DNA from: the human T2T-CHM13v2.0 reference genome, Homo sapiens
NCBI RefSeq assembly: GCF_009914755.1
Contig: NC_060942.1
Reading direction: 5' to 3' (one strand)
Length of the DNA stretch: 64,000 bases
The first letter of the stretch is position 1; every line of letters begins with the position of its first letter. The notes beneath the pieces are model-generated. The model had not been told where the DNA came from. It worked only from the letters and a program-made list of their open reading frames with translations, and ran no database searches. The position numbers and the translations under genes are program-made. Positions 13,324-26,700 of this stretch are shown here, in pieces.

Positions 13324-14299
13324 CTGTAAAGGCAACATGAAGGATTACATATTTTTCTTCGAACCAACAGTGTATTTCATTTTCCCAAGAATTTCTAACA
13401 GTATTTATTTCTTTGTTCTTATGCTTTCATTATGAAGATATAGTTTCACTTTGCACTTGTTGAAACTCTTTTTAGCCACTGCTTAGTATAGTAAATAAAC
13501 CATTGTATTCAATTTGACAGTTTTTGCTGATGTTGTGATAGTAGCTACATAATACCTAGACAAACATATCATCCAAATGTTCCTTTCTCCAATTATCAGT
13601 TGTCCTTTCAGCACATCTCTCTATAACTGTAATATCTATAAATTTACTCTACTATCAAAAATAATACTTAGTAAGCACCACTGCCAAATGGTATAGAAAG
13701 TATTATTTTGTTATGGAAAAGATATAATATAAACATGATTTTATAAAACACACAATCCTTCGTGAATGGAAAAAGAAAACTAAAGTCATGCACTTTGTTA
13801 ATTTGCCTTTCTTTATGTATATATATGTTTGTGTTGTGTAGAATCAGTACAAAATCTAAAAATTAATATAATTATATCACAGAACCACATAAATCTGATT
13901 CACATGAACTGAGTGAAATATAAAAATCATTTGATCCAGGCCTGCAAAAGCACTTTATTTGACAATAGCAGTAATTATGACTTTAACAAATGAACAAATA
14001 TGACAAAACTATTATTATTTTATTTGTTAGACCTCATTATATTTAGTTTAAAATTTTATTGTGAATGTGGAGAATACCTCAATCTTTAAATAAATATGTA
14101 GACAAATAAGGGTTAGTTTGATCCCTCAATTTCAGGGAAATTGTTTCTACAGAAACACAGAATCATTTCAAAAGCTTGACAAAACAGATAATCCCACTCC
14201 ACAGCTACTGATTCATGAGCTGGGTATTTTTTTTAACAAGCCTCAAAGATGACTTTACGGTAAATATTTTCAGGAAATATCATCACCATCATCATCTTG

Positions 14300-14535
14300 T
14301 CAACCATACTGAGTGTTTACTCTGTGATGATTACTATGCAAAGATAATGGCATTCCTTAATTGACTTGTCTTACAATAATTCTATAGTATATGTTCTATT
14401 ATGTTGCTATTTTATAAATGCAGATACTGAGCATATTGAAGTTAAGTAACTTGTCTTAGCCATAAAGCAATTGGTGGGATTGGAATTAAGACAAAGAATT
14501 TTGCTTTCTTTAGAGCTGGTACCTTTAACCAATGT
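14300..14535 (-). mobile_element. MIR SINE
   Basis: tactgagtgtttactctgtg...attttataaatgcagatactgagcatattgaagttaagtaacttgtc. Confidence 0.8.
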
Positions 14536-14624
14536 CTTTGCAGAAGCCATTTTCTGGAATACGTATATCTTTAAAAAAAAAAAAGAAAATGCATGTAGAA
14601 GTTGGTTAACACTTATTTATAGAA

Positions 14625-14890
14625 CAGTGTTTTTCAAACTTTTCATAATTTATTCTCCTATCAGAAAGAAATACTACTGGTGAACCCCAATATTTGTATA
14701 TGTATTTATATACTAATGATTCACAAACACAAATGTTATCACTATGTAAAGTATTTCCTAAAATGAACTCAAAATTGAAATGCAAAAGAATGAAGTAAAG
14801 CATAAATATAAATGAAATTTCTCATATTTTTCCATAGTTCATTTAAAAGCATGGTGAGCCTGCTGTGTTATATAAACACTTCCTTGCAGA
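14625..14890. mobile_element. Possible hAT-Charlie-type DNA transposon relic
   Basis: cagtgtttttcaaact TIR-like start; highly degenerate. Confidence 0.4.
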
Positions 14891-16274
14891 CTTCCTTGTA
14901 AGATGAAGGAGCATGACATAATCATGTTGGATTTTGCGGGTCTGTATCTTCCACCTAAGCCTGTTTGGGGTCTATCATTTTCCCTTTCTTCCTCAAGAGG
15001 ATAATCAGCAGTGATTTTTTTTATGTATTACTTTTTAAGTTCTCATTTTGTAACATTAAGTCAATGTTGACCCGTAAGTAGAATCTGCATAAAATGTAAT
15101 GATTTGTACCTCCATGATACGATAGTTTCATGACACTAGTCAAGATTCTTAAACAATCTCAGATTGAGTATCTTCAGCTGCAAGACGATTTAATAAATGT
15201 AACCTCTAGATCTTCTGGATAAATCCCATTAAAAATAACAGAAACTGTAGTTAGAATATATCAAGTGTTTAATAAAGGTCCTCATGTCATATAAACATGA
15301 GATTTATTTAAATACTTATAATGTCTGACTTCTTTAAATAAATGCTTATTAATCAGTTCCTGGAGTGCATAAGATAATCACTGGTAATCACCCATTGCTA
15401 CAAGAATCATCAAAGGAGCAGCTCTCAATATAAATGCTATTTAAGCCATGCAGGAGAGGGCTCCTTCCAAGTCAGAACGATTGAAAACGGGAAATATTTG
15501 CTATGATCATTTACAAATGATTTTAGGTGTATACACCGAAGATTAGTGTGCACAGTTTCTATTATGTAAAATTTTCAGATTTGGCAGTAGACAACAGTAC
15601 AAATCTATCATAAATACTTATAAAAACTAAGAGAGTTTAGATAGAATTTTAATTTAGCAGAAGGTTAAAATTCTTACCTTATATTGTCACTGTCACGTCC
15701 GAATATAGATTTTGAAAATCATTGATAATCTAGCAACTTACAAGTGGAATTCTGTTTACCTACTTTCCTATTTACTTTAATGGAAAAAACATTCCTGAAA
15801 AGTCATATTGGTATTTGAGGAAAATTAAATCTTGGGGTTCTATTTTGAAGACATTTTTTGCACATTCTGGACATAATATCTTCAGATTATGTGGCTTCAG
15901 TGAGTATCTGCCTACTGCATCAGAAAACAGTCTAAGCAATCCATATTTATCTCTTTTCTAATCTCCAGACCTACAGAACTACTTTCCACGAGGCATTTCA
16001 AAGTGCATACTGAAATTCTTACTTTCTATTCACTCTTCCACCTAATCGTTATGTTCCTTCTTTCCCTTAATGAAATCAGCATCCTGTTGAAAGCTCACAC
16101 TTGAATAAAAGGTTCTTCTCTAATGTTTCCTTCAGCTAACCTCCCATATACATACATTTGAGCATGAAGCCTGACTAGAGATGAACTATGATTAATTCTA
16201 TGTCTTAAATCCCTCAAGTAAATTCATTTACCTCCTATTACCTCCAAGTTCTTAATTCATAATAATTTTAAAAT

Positions 16275-17233
16275 CTTTATTTTGTACATATTCAAATATG
16301 AACAAATAATTGTACATATTTATGGGATACAGAGTGATATTTTGATACATGTATTCAATGTGTGATGATAAAATCAGGGTAATTAGGACAACAATCACCT
16401 CAAACATTTATCTTTGTGTGTATGTGTTAGGAACATTCTGAATCCTCTCCTAGCTTTTTAAAAAGTATAAATTAAATTATTGTTAACCATATTCACTGTA
16501 CAGTGCTATAGAAAAGACGAATTTGTTCCTCCTCTCTAGCCATAATTTTATATCTATTAAACAATCTTTCCCCATTTCCTCTTCTTCCATTCTTTCCTTT
16601 CTCTAATAATCATAATTCTTCACTCTATTTCTGTTAGCTTAATTTTATTCTAGCTTTCAAATAAGAGTTAGAACTTGCAGTGTTTATCTTTCTGTGCCTG
16701 ACCTATTTCACTTAAAGTAATGCAGTCCAGGTTCATCCATGTTGCTGTGAATGATAGAATTTCATTCTTTTCTATGGCTGAATAGTATTTCATTGTGTAT
16801 ATACACCACATTTTATTTATTCTTTTATTTCTTGATGGACACTTAGTTTTCTTCCATATATTGGCTATTGTGAATTGCAATACATATATTGCAATACACA
16901 TTGGAATGCAGATATATTTTCAATATACTGATGTTCTTTCATTTCAATAAATACCCAGTAGTGAGATTGCTGAATCATATACTACTTCTATCTAGTTCTA
17001 TTTTTAGTTTTTGGAGAAACCTTCATACTGTTTTACATAATGGCTGTACTATTTTACCTTCTCAGCAACAATGAAGGAGTTCCATTTTCTCCACATTCAC
17101 AACAGTATTTTTTTTTAGATTTTTTGATAATGGACATTCTAACTGGGGTGAAATAATATCTCATTGTGATTTTGATTTGCATTTCCCTGATGATTAGTGA
17201 TGTTGAAAATTTTTCCATATACTTATTGGCCTT
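16275..17233 (-). mobile_element. L1MA (about L1MA1-4) 3' end
   Basis: taattgtacatatttatgggatacagagtgatattttgatacatg...aaatcagggtaattagg; ccaggttcatccatgttgc; gatttgcatttccctgatgattagtgatgttga. Confidence 0.92.
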
Positions 17234-17849
17234 AGTTCATAAATTCTTGTTATAAATTGTTTATAATAACAGCAAAATAAATAGGAATTGTATTTTTGAA
17301 AGTAACCAATAATGTTTCTGGAGTGTTAAATACTGAAAGTCATTTTATTTTCAATCTCACATCTGTGACTCTATCTTAAAGAAATAAATTGATATCTAAA
17401 ATGTTCTTATACAAAAAAATTTATCAATGTATTATTTATTGTGTCTAAACTTAAAACCTAATTGCTGAGATAAGCCATGTACTTTTTGACATATAAGTTC
17501 TCTTAAGTGTTTAAAGATGTTGGATAGGATTATGGCAAAGATATTTGGAGACTTGCATAGTAGAAAAACTTAGTAGTCGAAAAAACCTCAGGGTATCAAG
17601 AAAGTAGAGTTCTACATCACATTGTATTAAAAAATAAACTAGTGTTAACAGATGAACACAAAAATATATATATTTTCTAATTTGTCACTGAAAGAGACCA
17701 CAACATAAAGAATAATTCTGGTTATTTCTTCCACTAATGTACACCATAAGTTTCCAATTCTGATCTTTTATATCGGCCTTCAATTAAGAAAAATTAATAA
17801 TTTGCTGTATAGCTGAAGAGAAGTTTTAGGAGTGAATCTCAGGAAACAG

Positions 17850-18000
17850 AAATAATGAATTGAAGGGTAACTGGAGGTTAAGAATGAAGTTCCACAATTC
17901 AAAGTAGTCTTTCAAAGAAGTTGCTGAGAGAGGGAAAACAGAGAGTTGGGATGATAGCAATGAGAGGTTTGGAGTTAATGAGGATTTTTTAGAAGATAGA
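17850..18000 (-). mobile_element. L2 fragment
   Basis: tctttcaaagaagttgctgagagagggaaaacagagagttggg, L2-like purine-rich antisense. Confidence 0.45.
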
Positions 18001-18645
18001 TAATGTGCTGAATGAAAATGGGCTAAATGCCCCACTTTTTAAAGACCCAACTGTGTGCTGAATTAAAAATATCTGTTTCATGTACAATGACACCCACAGG
18101 CTCAAAGTAGAGGAATGGAGAAAGATCTATGAAGCAAACAGAAAACAAGAAAGAGCAGGAGCTACTATTCTTCTTTCAGACAAAACAGACAACTATCAAA
18201 AACGACAAAAATCGGCATTACATAATGATAAAGGGTTCAATTCAACAAGAAGACTTAATTATACTAAATATATATGCACCCAACACTGGAGAACCAAGAT
18301 TTAGAAACCAAGGTATTGAAGACCTACGAAGAAACTTAGATAACCACACAATCATAATTGGGAGACTTTAACACCCCAATGACAGTATCAGACACACTAA
18401 TGAGTTAGAAAACTAATAAAGATATTCAGAACCTAAACTTGACACTTTACCAAATGGAACTAACAGACAACTACAGAGCAGTCCATCAAACAACGGTAGA
18501 ATATACATTCTTCTTATGTACGTATGGCACATGCTCTAAAATCAACCACACACTTGGCCATAAAGCAATTCTCAACATATTCAAAAAGCCCAAAGTCATA
18601 CGAATCACAGTCTTGGAACACGGTGCAATAACAATAAAAATAAAT

Positions 18646-19082
18646 AACCCAAATGTCCAACAATGATACACTGGATTAAGAAAATGTGGCACATATACAC
18701 CATGGAATACTATGCAGCCATAAAAAATGATGAGTTCATGTCCTTTGTAGGGACATGGATGAAATTGGAAATCATCATTCTCAGTAAACTATCGCAAGAA
18801 CAAAAAACCAAACACTGCATATTCTCACTCATAGGTGGGAATTGAACAATGAGAACACATGGACACAGGAAGGGGAACATCACACTCTGGGGACTGTTGT
18901 GGGGTGGGGGGAGGGGGGAGGGATAGCATTGGGAGATATACCTAATGCTAGATAACGAGTTAGTGGGTGCAGCGCACCAGCATGGCACATGTATACATAT
19001 GTAACTAACCTGCATATTGTGCACATGTACCCTAAAACTTAAAGTATAATAATAATAAATAAAATTAAATTAAAAAAAAAAA
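18646..19082 (+). mobile_element. 5'-truncated young L1 (L1PA2-like) 3' end nested in older L1
   Basis: Near-consensus 3'UTR: gcattgggagatatacctaatgctagataacGAGttagtgggtgcagcgcaccagcatgg...ccctaaaacttaaagtataataa plus A-tail; GAG (not the L1HS ACA/ACG) diagnostic. Confidence 0.92.
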
Positions 19083-20842
19083 GAAAATCACTCAAACCAT
19101 ACAGTTACATGGAAATTAAACAAATTGCTCCTGAACGACCTTCAGGTCAACAATGAAATTAAGGCAGAAAGGAAGAAGTTCTTTGAAACTAATGAAAATA
19201 TAGACACAACATACCAGAATCTCTGGAACACTGCTAAAGCAGTGTTAAGAGGAAAGTTTATTAGTCTTAAATGTCCATATCAAAAAGTTAGAAAGATCTT
19301 TACTTAATAACGTAACATCACACCTAGAGGAAATACAAAAACAAGAGCAAACCAACCCAGAGTTAACATAAAAAATAGCTAGCTGAGCTGAAAGAAATGG
19401 AGACATGAAAAACACACATAACATCAACAAAACCAAAGTTGTTCTTTGAAAGAATAAATAAGATTAGTATAGTACTAGAAGACTAATAAAGAAAAAAAAA
19501 AGGATCCAAATAAACACAACTGGAAATGTCCAAGGGGACATTACCACTGGCCCCACAGAAAAAAAAAAAAAAAAAACCTGAGAGACTCTATGCACACATA
19601 GTAGAAAACCTAGAAGACATTGATAAATTCCTGGAAACATACAACCACCCAAGACTGAATCAGGAAGAAACTGAAAGAGATTAATAGTGAGTTCCAAAAT
19701 TGAATCAGTAATAAAAAACCTACCCAAAAGGAAAAGCCTTGGACTAGACGAATTCACAGCCAAATTATACCAGATACTATAAAGAAGACGGGGTATCAAT
19801 TTTACTGAAACTATTTCAAAAATTTGAGGAGGATGGACTCCTTTCTAACTCGTTCTATAAGGCCGGCATCATTCTAATACCAAAATCTGTCAGAGACTCA
19901 ATAGCAGAAGAAAACTTCAGGCCAATATCCTGGTGAACATAGATTCAAAAGTCCTCAACAAAATACTAACAAACCAAATACAGCAACATATCAAATTCAA
20001 TCCATCATGATAAGATTACCTTGTTTCCTGAGATGCAAGATTAGTTTAACATATGTAAATAAATAAATGTGATTCATAACATAAGCAGAACTAGAAACAA
20101 AAATCACATGATCATGTCCATACACACAGAAAAGCTTCTGATAACATTTAATATCTCTTCATATTAAAAACCCTGAAAAAAAGGCATAAAAGGGACATAC
20201 CTGAAATATAATAAGAGCCATCTACGACAAATTCACAGCAAACATGATACTGAATGGGCAAGCGCTGGAAACATTTCCCTTGAGAACTGGAACAAGACAA
20301 GGATGCTGACTCTCACCACTCCTATTTAATATAGCTGTGGAAGTCCTAACCAGAGAAATAAGTCAAGATACAGAATTAAAAGGCAAACATATAGGAAGAG
20401 ATAATGTCAAAATATCTCTCTTCACAGATAATATGATTCTATACCTAGAAAAGTCTGCCCAGAGGTTCCTAGATCTCATTAAAATTTCAACAAAGTTTTG
20501 GGATACAATATCAAGGTACAAAAATCAGTAACATTTCTATATACTGATAACGTCCATGCTGAGAGCCAAATCAAGACCACAATCCCACTCAAATAGCCAC
20601 AAATAGAATAAAATACCTAGGAATACAGCTAGTCAGGGAGGTGTAATTTCTCTATAATGAGAGTTACAAAAGTTACTGAAAATCAAAGAGGACACAAATA
20701 AATGAAAAAACATTCCATGCTCATGGATAGGATTAATCAATATTGTTAAAATGACCATAATCCTCAAGGAATTTACAGTTTCAATGCTATTTTTATCAAA
20801 CTACCAAAGACATTCATCACAAAATTAAAAAAAATCATACTA

Positions 20843-21154
<312 letters not shown>

Positions 21155-21204
21155 AATGTTCACAGGAAACCACAAAAGAGCCCAAAGAGCCAAAGCAATC
21201 TTAA

Positions 21205-21239
<35 letters not shown>

Positions 21240-21898
21240 GGAAGAACCACACTACCTGACTTAAAAGTGTACTACAAGGCTACAGTAATTAAAACAGTAT
21301 GGTACTGGTACAAAAACAGACTCATAGACCAACAGAACTGGTTAGAGAACCTAGAGGCTGCATATCCACAACCATCTGATCTTCGATGAAGCCATCCATA
21401 ATAAGCAATGGGGAAAGGACTCCTTTTAAATAAATGGTGCTGGGATAACTGGCTAGGCATATTCAGAAGATTTAAACTGGACCCCTTCCTTCCACCATAT
21501 AAAAAAATCAGTACAGATTAAATACTTAAATGTAAATCCTACAACTATAAACACCCTAGGAGAAAACCTAGGAAATACTATTCTGGACATAGGCCCTGGC
21601 AAAGATTCCATAACAGACTCCAAAAGTGATTGGAACAAAAATTAAAATTGACATGTGGGACCTAATCAAACTAAAGAGCTTCTGCACAGCAAAAGAAAGT
21701 ATCAACGGAGCAAACAGACAACACACAGAATCAGAGAAAATATTTGCAAACTATTCATCCGACAAATCCAGAATCTATAAGGTACTTAAACAAATCAGCA
21801 AGCAAAAAACAAACAACCCCATTTAAACATGGGCAAAAGATATGAACAGAGTCTTCTCAAAAGAAGACATGCACACAGCCAACAAGCCTATTAAAAAA

Positions 21899-22104
21899 TG
21901 AGAACACCTGGACACAAGAAGGGGAACATCACACACCTGGGCCTGTCATGGGGCGGGAAGAAGGGGGAAGGATAGCATTAGGAGATATACCTAATGTAAA
22001 TGACGAGTTAATGGGTGCAGCACACCAACATGGCACATGTATACATATGTAACAAACCTGCACGTGGTGCACATGTACCCTAGAACTTAAAGTATAAAAA
22101 AAAA
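21899..22104 (+). mobile_element. Short L1PA4-7-like 3' end nested in older L1
   Basis: gagaacacctggacaca...gcattaggagatatacctaatgtaaatgacgagttaatgggtgcagcacaccaacatgg...ctagaacttaaagtataaaa; host resumes at atcactaatc; short TSD aaaaaat. Confidence 0.9.
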
Positions 22105-22316
22105 TATTCCAAATATCACTAATCATTAGAGAAATGCAAATCAAGGTCACAATGATATACCATCTCACGCCAGTCAGAATGGCTATTACTATGTCAGAAT
22201 ATAACAGATGCTGGCAAATTTGCATAGAAAAGGGAATTCTTACACACTGCTGATGTGAATGTAAATTAGTTCAGCCACTATGAAAAGCAGTTTGGAGATA
22301 TCTCAAAGATCTTAGA

Positions 22317-22393
22317 ACTACCACTCAACTCGGCAACCCTAGTAGTGGATTATATCACTACCATTCAACTCAGCAATCCTAGTAGTGGATTAT
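22317..22393. repeat. 40-bp tandem duplication inside L1
   Basis: actaccactcaactcggcaaccctagtagtggattat / actaccattcaactcagcaatcctagtagtggattat. Confidence 0.9.
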
Positions 22394-23334
22394 TAACTAT
22401 ATATTTGAAGGAATATATAGTTCTACCATAAAGATATATGCACAAATATGTTCATCACAGCACTTTTCACAATAGGAAAGACATGGAATCAACCTGGATG
22501 CTCATCAACAATGGACATAATAAGGAAATCTGACACATTTACACAATGGAATACTATACAGCCATAAAAATGAGATCATGTCCTTTGCCCCAATAGGATG
22601 GAACTGGAGGCCATTATCTCAAGCAAACTAATGCAAGAACAGAAAATCAAATACTGCATGTTCTCACTTATAAGTGGAAAACTTAACATTGAGTACACAT
22701 GGACAGCACAGTAATAGACACTGGGGCCTAACCTACTTCAGGGTGGGGTGAGGAGAGGGCAAGAATCAAAAAACTATCTGTCAGGTAGTATTATCACTAC
22801 CTGGGTGATGATATAATTTGTACACTAAACCGCAGCAACATGCAATTTACACATGTAACAAGCTAGCACATGTACCCCCTGAAACTCAGAGTTAGAAAGT
22901 AAAAATTTAATTGAAGCTATAATAAAATATAGAATACTAAAATGGAAAGTACACTTCAAAGACATGCTATAAAAGGTAAATAAGAATATATTATTATTTT
23001 GATACAAAATATTTTGGAATTCAATCTCAAGATAAGAATTATTTTAGTTTCAAATTGTATAATATAAAATTGAATGTTTAGCCTCTTTCATAAAGGATAT
23101 AATGTAAAAAATTGTATCACTTGTTTTATATTTATTTTTTATATTTTCTGCATATTAACTTAAATTCATATTTGTAAAACTTTATTTTGTTGAGTTTATT
23201 CAGAGTATTTAATCATGAAAAGGTATTGTCAACATAAAACGTGGTGCCAGATGGACTAGGTTAGCACAATGTTTAATGCTATTATTGCATATTTTGGGGA
23301 TTTTTTTTAATTGTCTGCTATGAGCTGTGTATGA

Positions 23335-23770
23335 AGAATGACTAAGTAATATTCAGCCAGCACGGAAAGAGAAATATCACATTTTGTCATCTTTATGTGG
23401 AATCTAAAACAATGGAACTCATAGAGGCATAAAGTAGACTGGTATTTACAGAGGCTGGTGGGGTGGGGCAGATGAGGAAATGAAGGTCAAATCTCAGACA
23501 GGAGGAGTATGTTTCACGTTTCAGAAGGGGTTCTATTAGACAGTGTGGCGAATACAGTTAATAGTAGAGTATTCTACATTTCAAAATTCCTAAGAGAGCA
23601 AAGTTTAAATGTTCTCACCACAAAAAATGTTAAATATTTGAGGTGATGGATATATTAACTAGCCTGATTTAATCATTCCACATTGTTTTCATGAATTCTA
23701 ACATCAGTTTATGTCTCATAAATTTATTCAATTATAAATTGTCAATTTTCAATAAAAAATAAATATTGAA
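23335..23770 (+). mobile_element. L1MA (about L1MA4-5) 3' end
   Basis: tatgtggaatctaaaacaatggaactcatagag; aaatgttctcaccacaaaaaatg...tgaggtgatggatatattaactagcctgatttaatcattccaca. Confidence 0.88.
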
Positions 23771-26700
23771 AACATCCTATAAACAGATTAATAAATTGTT
23801 TTAACATTAATGGCATGAATATAGGATAAATAAATTTCTACTTTTTAATTCCCAAAATGAGAAATTCAAGAATATCACCTTAATTATAAACAAAAATGTG
23901 TATGGTATAAAACAAAACAGAAGTGTTTTGAGTTTTTTAAACACAGAAGACAGTAAAGTATACGTCCAAGGGTTGTATGTAATGGGTTAAAAATATGTAT
24001 CAACTTAAGGAAGGAAAACAGTCATGAACGTTTATGAAACAGTCGTGAATATAGTTAATTCATGTTACAAGCTGGATTTAAAAATAAAGATAGATAGGAT
24101 ATCTTAAGTATGTAAATCCTTTGAAATTTGTGCCAGATAGAATAAACATACTTTCTTTTAGTACTTAAATGTAACAGCATTTAGTATAATCTAAATGCGT
24201 GACTGGGATTATTGAATAAATAAATGTGACTTTATTCCTAAAATTTTAAATTATGTGGACTCTGAACCTGCACCAAATTGTCAATAAGTATACAGACAGC
24301 TAGAATATGCTGTTGAAAGGGATGATGTTTTATATAAAATAATTCCTTACTTTATTTTTTAAAAATCTGGCAACCCTAAAGTTCTAATGTTTTGTTTCAT
24401 AATATTTAAGGGTCAGTTAAGTAATGTCTTGCTGAGATTTTTAATATTTAACTCACTCTCTTAAAAGTCTATTGCTTTTTCCTTTTTTATGCACAAAAAA
24501 ATCTCAATGACATGATTATAATCTCATAAAAATCATATTTGTGAGTTAAGAATTGTATGTTTTAAACACTGGTTTAAAAATGCAATACACACACACGTAC
24601 ACAAAATGACAACATCGCTTTGTATCTTTAAAAATACTTTAAATTAAATTTCATGTAAGTGGTTTTATTAAATCCATATTGTATAAAATGACATGAAAGT
24701 TTTATAAATAATTCACATGGTCTTGAAATTATCAAAGGAGTATACACATGCATTCAAAATTATCTGTTAATAGAGAAATGTGTAGCCAGGTACACATATG
24801 TGTGTGAAAACATCAATACGCTTATTTATTATTAACCAATAAATTTGGAGTCAAATCCTCATATGCCTACAGGGTTGGGTTATTCTATAAGCATTCGATA
24901 AAAGAGAGAAAATAATCAAAAATAAACCAATGTCTTACATAGTCTCCCAAAGAAAAGTGTTATTTAGAAGAAGGGGAATTATATCCACCTGACGAGTGAC
25001 ATTATAGCCCATTTATTTCTCATCAAATACTATGGGGGAAGAGTTACATTTTGCTTTACCAGTTCAAGAGCAATTTCAAGCACTGTCAATAAGTATTTGC
25101 TTAGTGACAAATGACACTACTCTCTTGAAAATTCAGAGATGCATCTATACCTTTTCTCTTTGCCTTTATTATTATTCTAGTTACATTTTATGTTTATCTT
25201 TATGTTTAGTAGTATTATCTCTACATCAAGGAAAGTCATATATTCTCCACCAGGCCTTTTTAGGAATAAAATAGATGGCAAACTCTCTGACACAATTTAA
25301 CTATAAAACAACTTAAAGACAAAAAAATAGCGACTTCTTTTCTGTGATGTATTTATGATTTGCTCATTTCCACAGGAATGACATTTCTAAATTTTGCACA
25401 CAGATAAAACTGCCTAGGTTATTTTAAGACATGACTGATGTGCCAAAATTATCCCCACTTTAATACAGTATCTTGCAAATTTGCAAATTTCATTTATCAT
25501 GAAACTTCTTAGAATTAAAAAACAGCTAAACTGGATCTACTGCTCTGGTATGTTGAGAAACCACTGTCCTAAAATAACATTTCAAATTTCACGTGTTGTG
25601 CCAAGGCAGGATTTTTAAAAATGATGTTTTGCTTTAATCTTAAGACATACTTGGATGATTCTGAATATAATTATTGAGTAATTAATGTGACACATTTTGA
25701 CAAAGGTATGTATTCTAGAGTATGTTTTAAATTCAGACAAGCATTCTCTTAACGAATCATATCAGCATATTCAAGAGGGTAGGCATCATTTGAAAGGGAA
25801 ATTGATCTGTTACACATTTTGACAGGCTTTAGAGCATTTAGCTGTGTTCTCTCAATTGAAAGGTGGTGAGAGTGGGTAAAAAAAAAACGCTGTAAGGGTA
25901 CAGTTTATCTTGTTTTGTTTTGATTTGATTTTAAAGTGGCAAACATCTTTCTAGTCACTTTTGCAAAGACACTCATTTTGTCAATCAGGGGCTGTCTTCA
26001 CCATTGATAGAAAGGATTCCTGTGGGATTATTATTACGTTCCATACTTAGTTGTGTTTCAACTTCAATCTGTTTCACCAAAGCAAAGATACAGGTGATAG
26101 AAGATCATCGATGTTAAAGGAAATCGTCGTGACAACAAATTTTTCTTATTCACCAGCATGGTTCTCAAACACTTGGTTAGGAGCAATAAATTCTCATGTA
26201 AAGAAGGTATATAGAAAGATCAATATCTCCTTTTAAACAGTTTAACACATTTATTCCTAATGCATTACTACTCACTAACATGCTGAATACTGCTATGTAA
26301 TGTTTTAAACATAACATATATTTAAGAGTACATGCTAAGATCATGAGTGGCAAAAATGATCAGTTGATATTTAGTTATAGATGATATGTATCAGATTATA
26401 TGTAGCTGTATTAGGAGAAATTCCTGAAAGATGGATCTGGTTTCTTAATAATGCATAGGAGGCATCTGTGCACATCATTTTAAAGCATCTTCAATTTATG
26501 ATAATTTAATCAAAAATTTTTTTATGTTTCTTGAGGAAATGTACCTTACAAACATTCCTAAGTGAAAAACAAAACAAAACAAAAAATATAAGTAGAAGAC
26601 ATATGCTTTTCGATATATGCAGATGTGTCTGTGTGTGCCTAAAATTATAAATATTTCACTGGAGCCTAAGTAAAGAATTTACTAATGTGTAAGACTGTAA

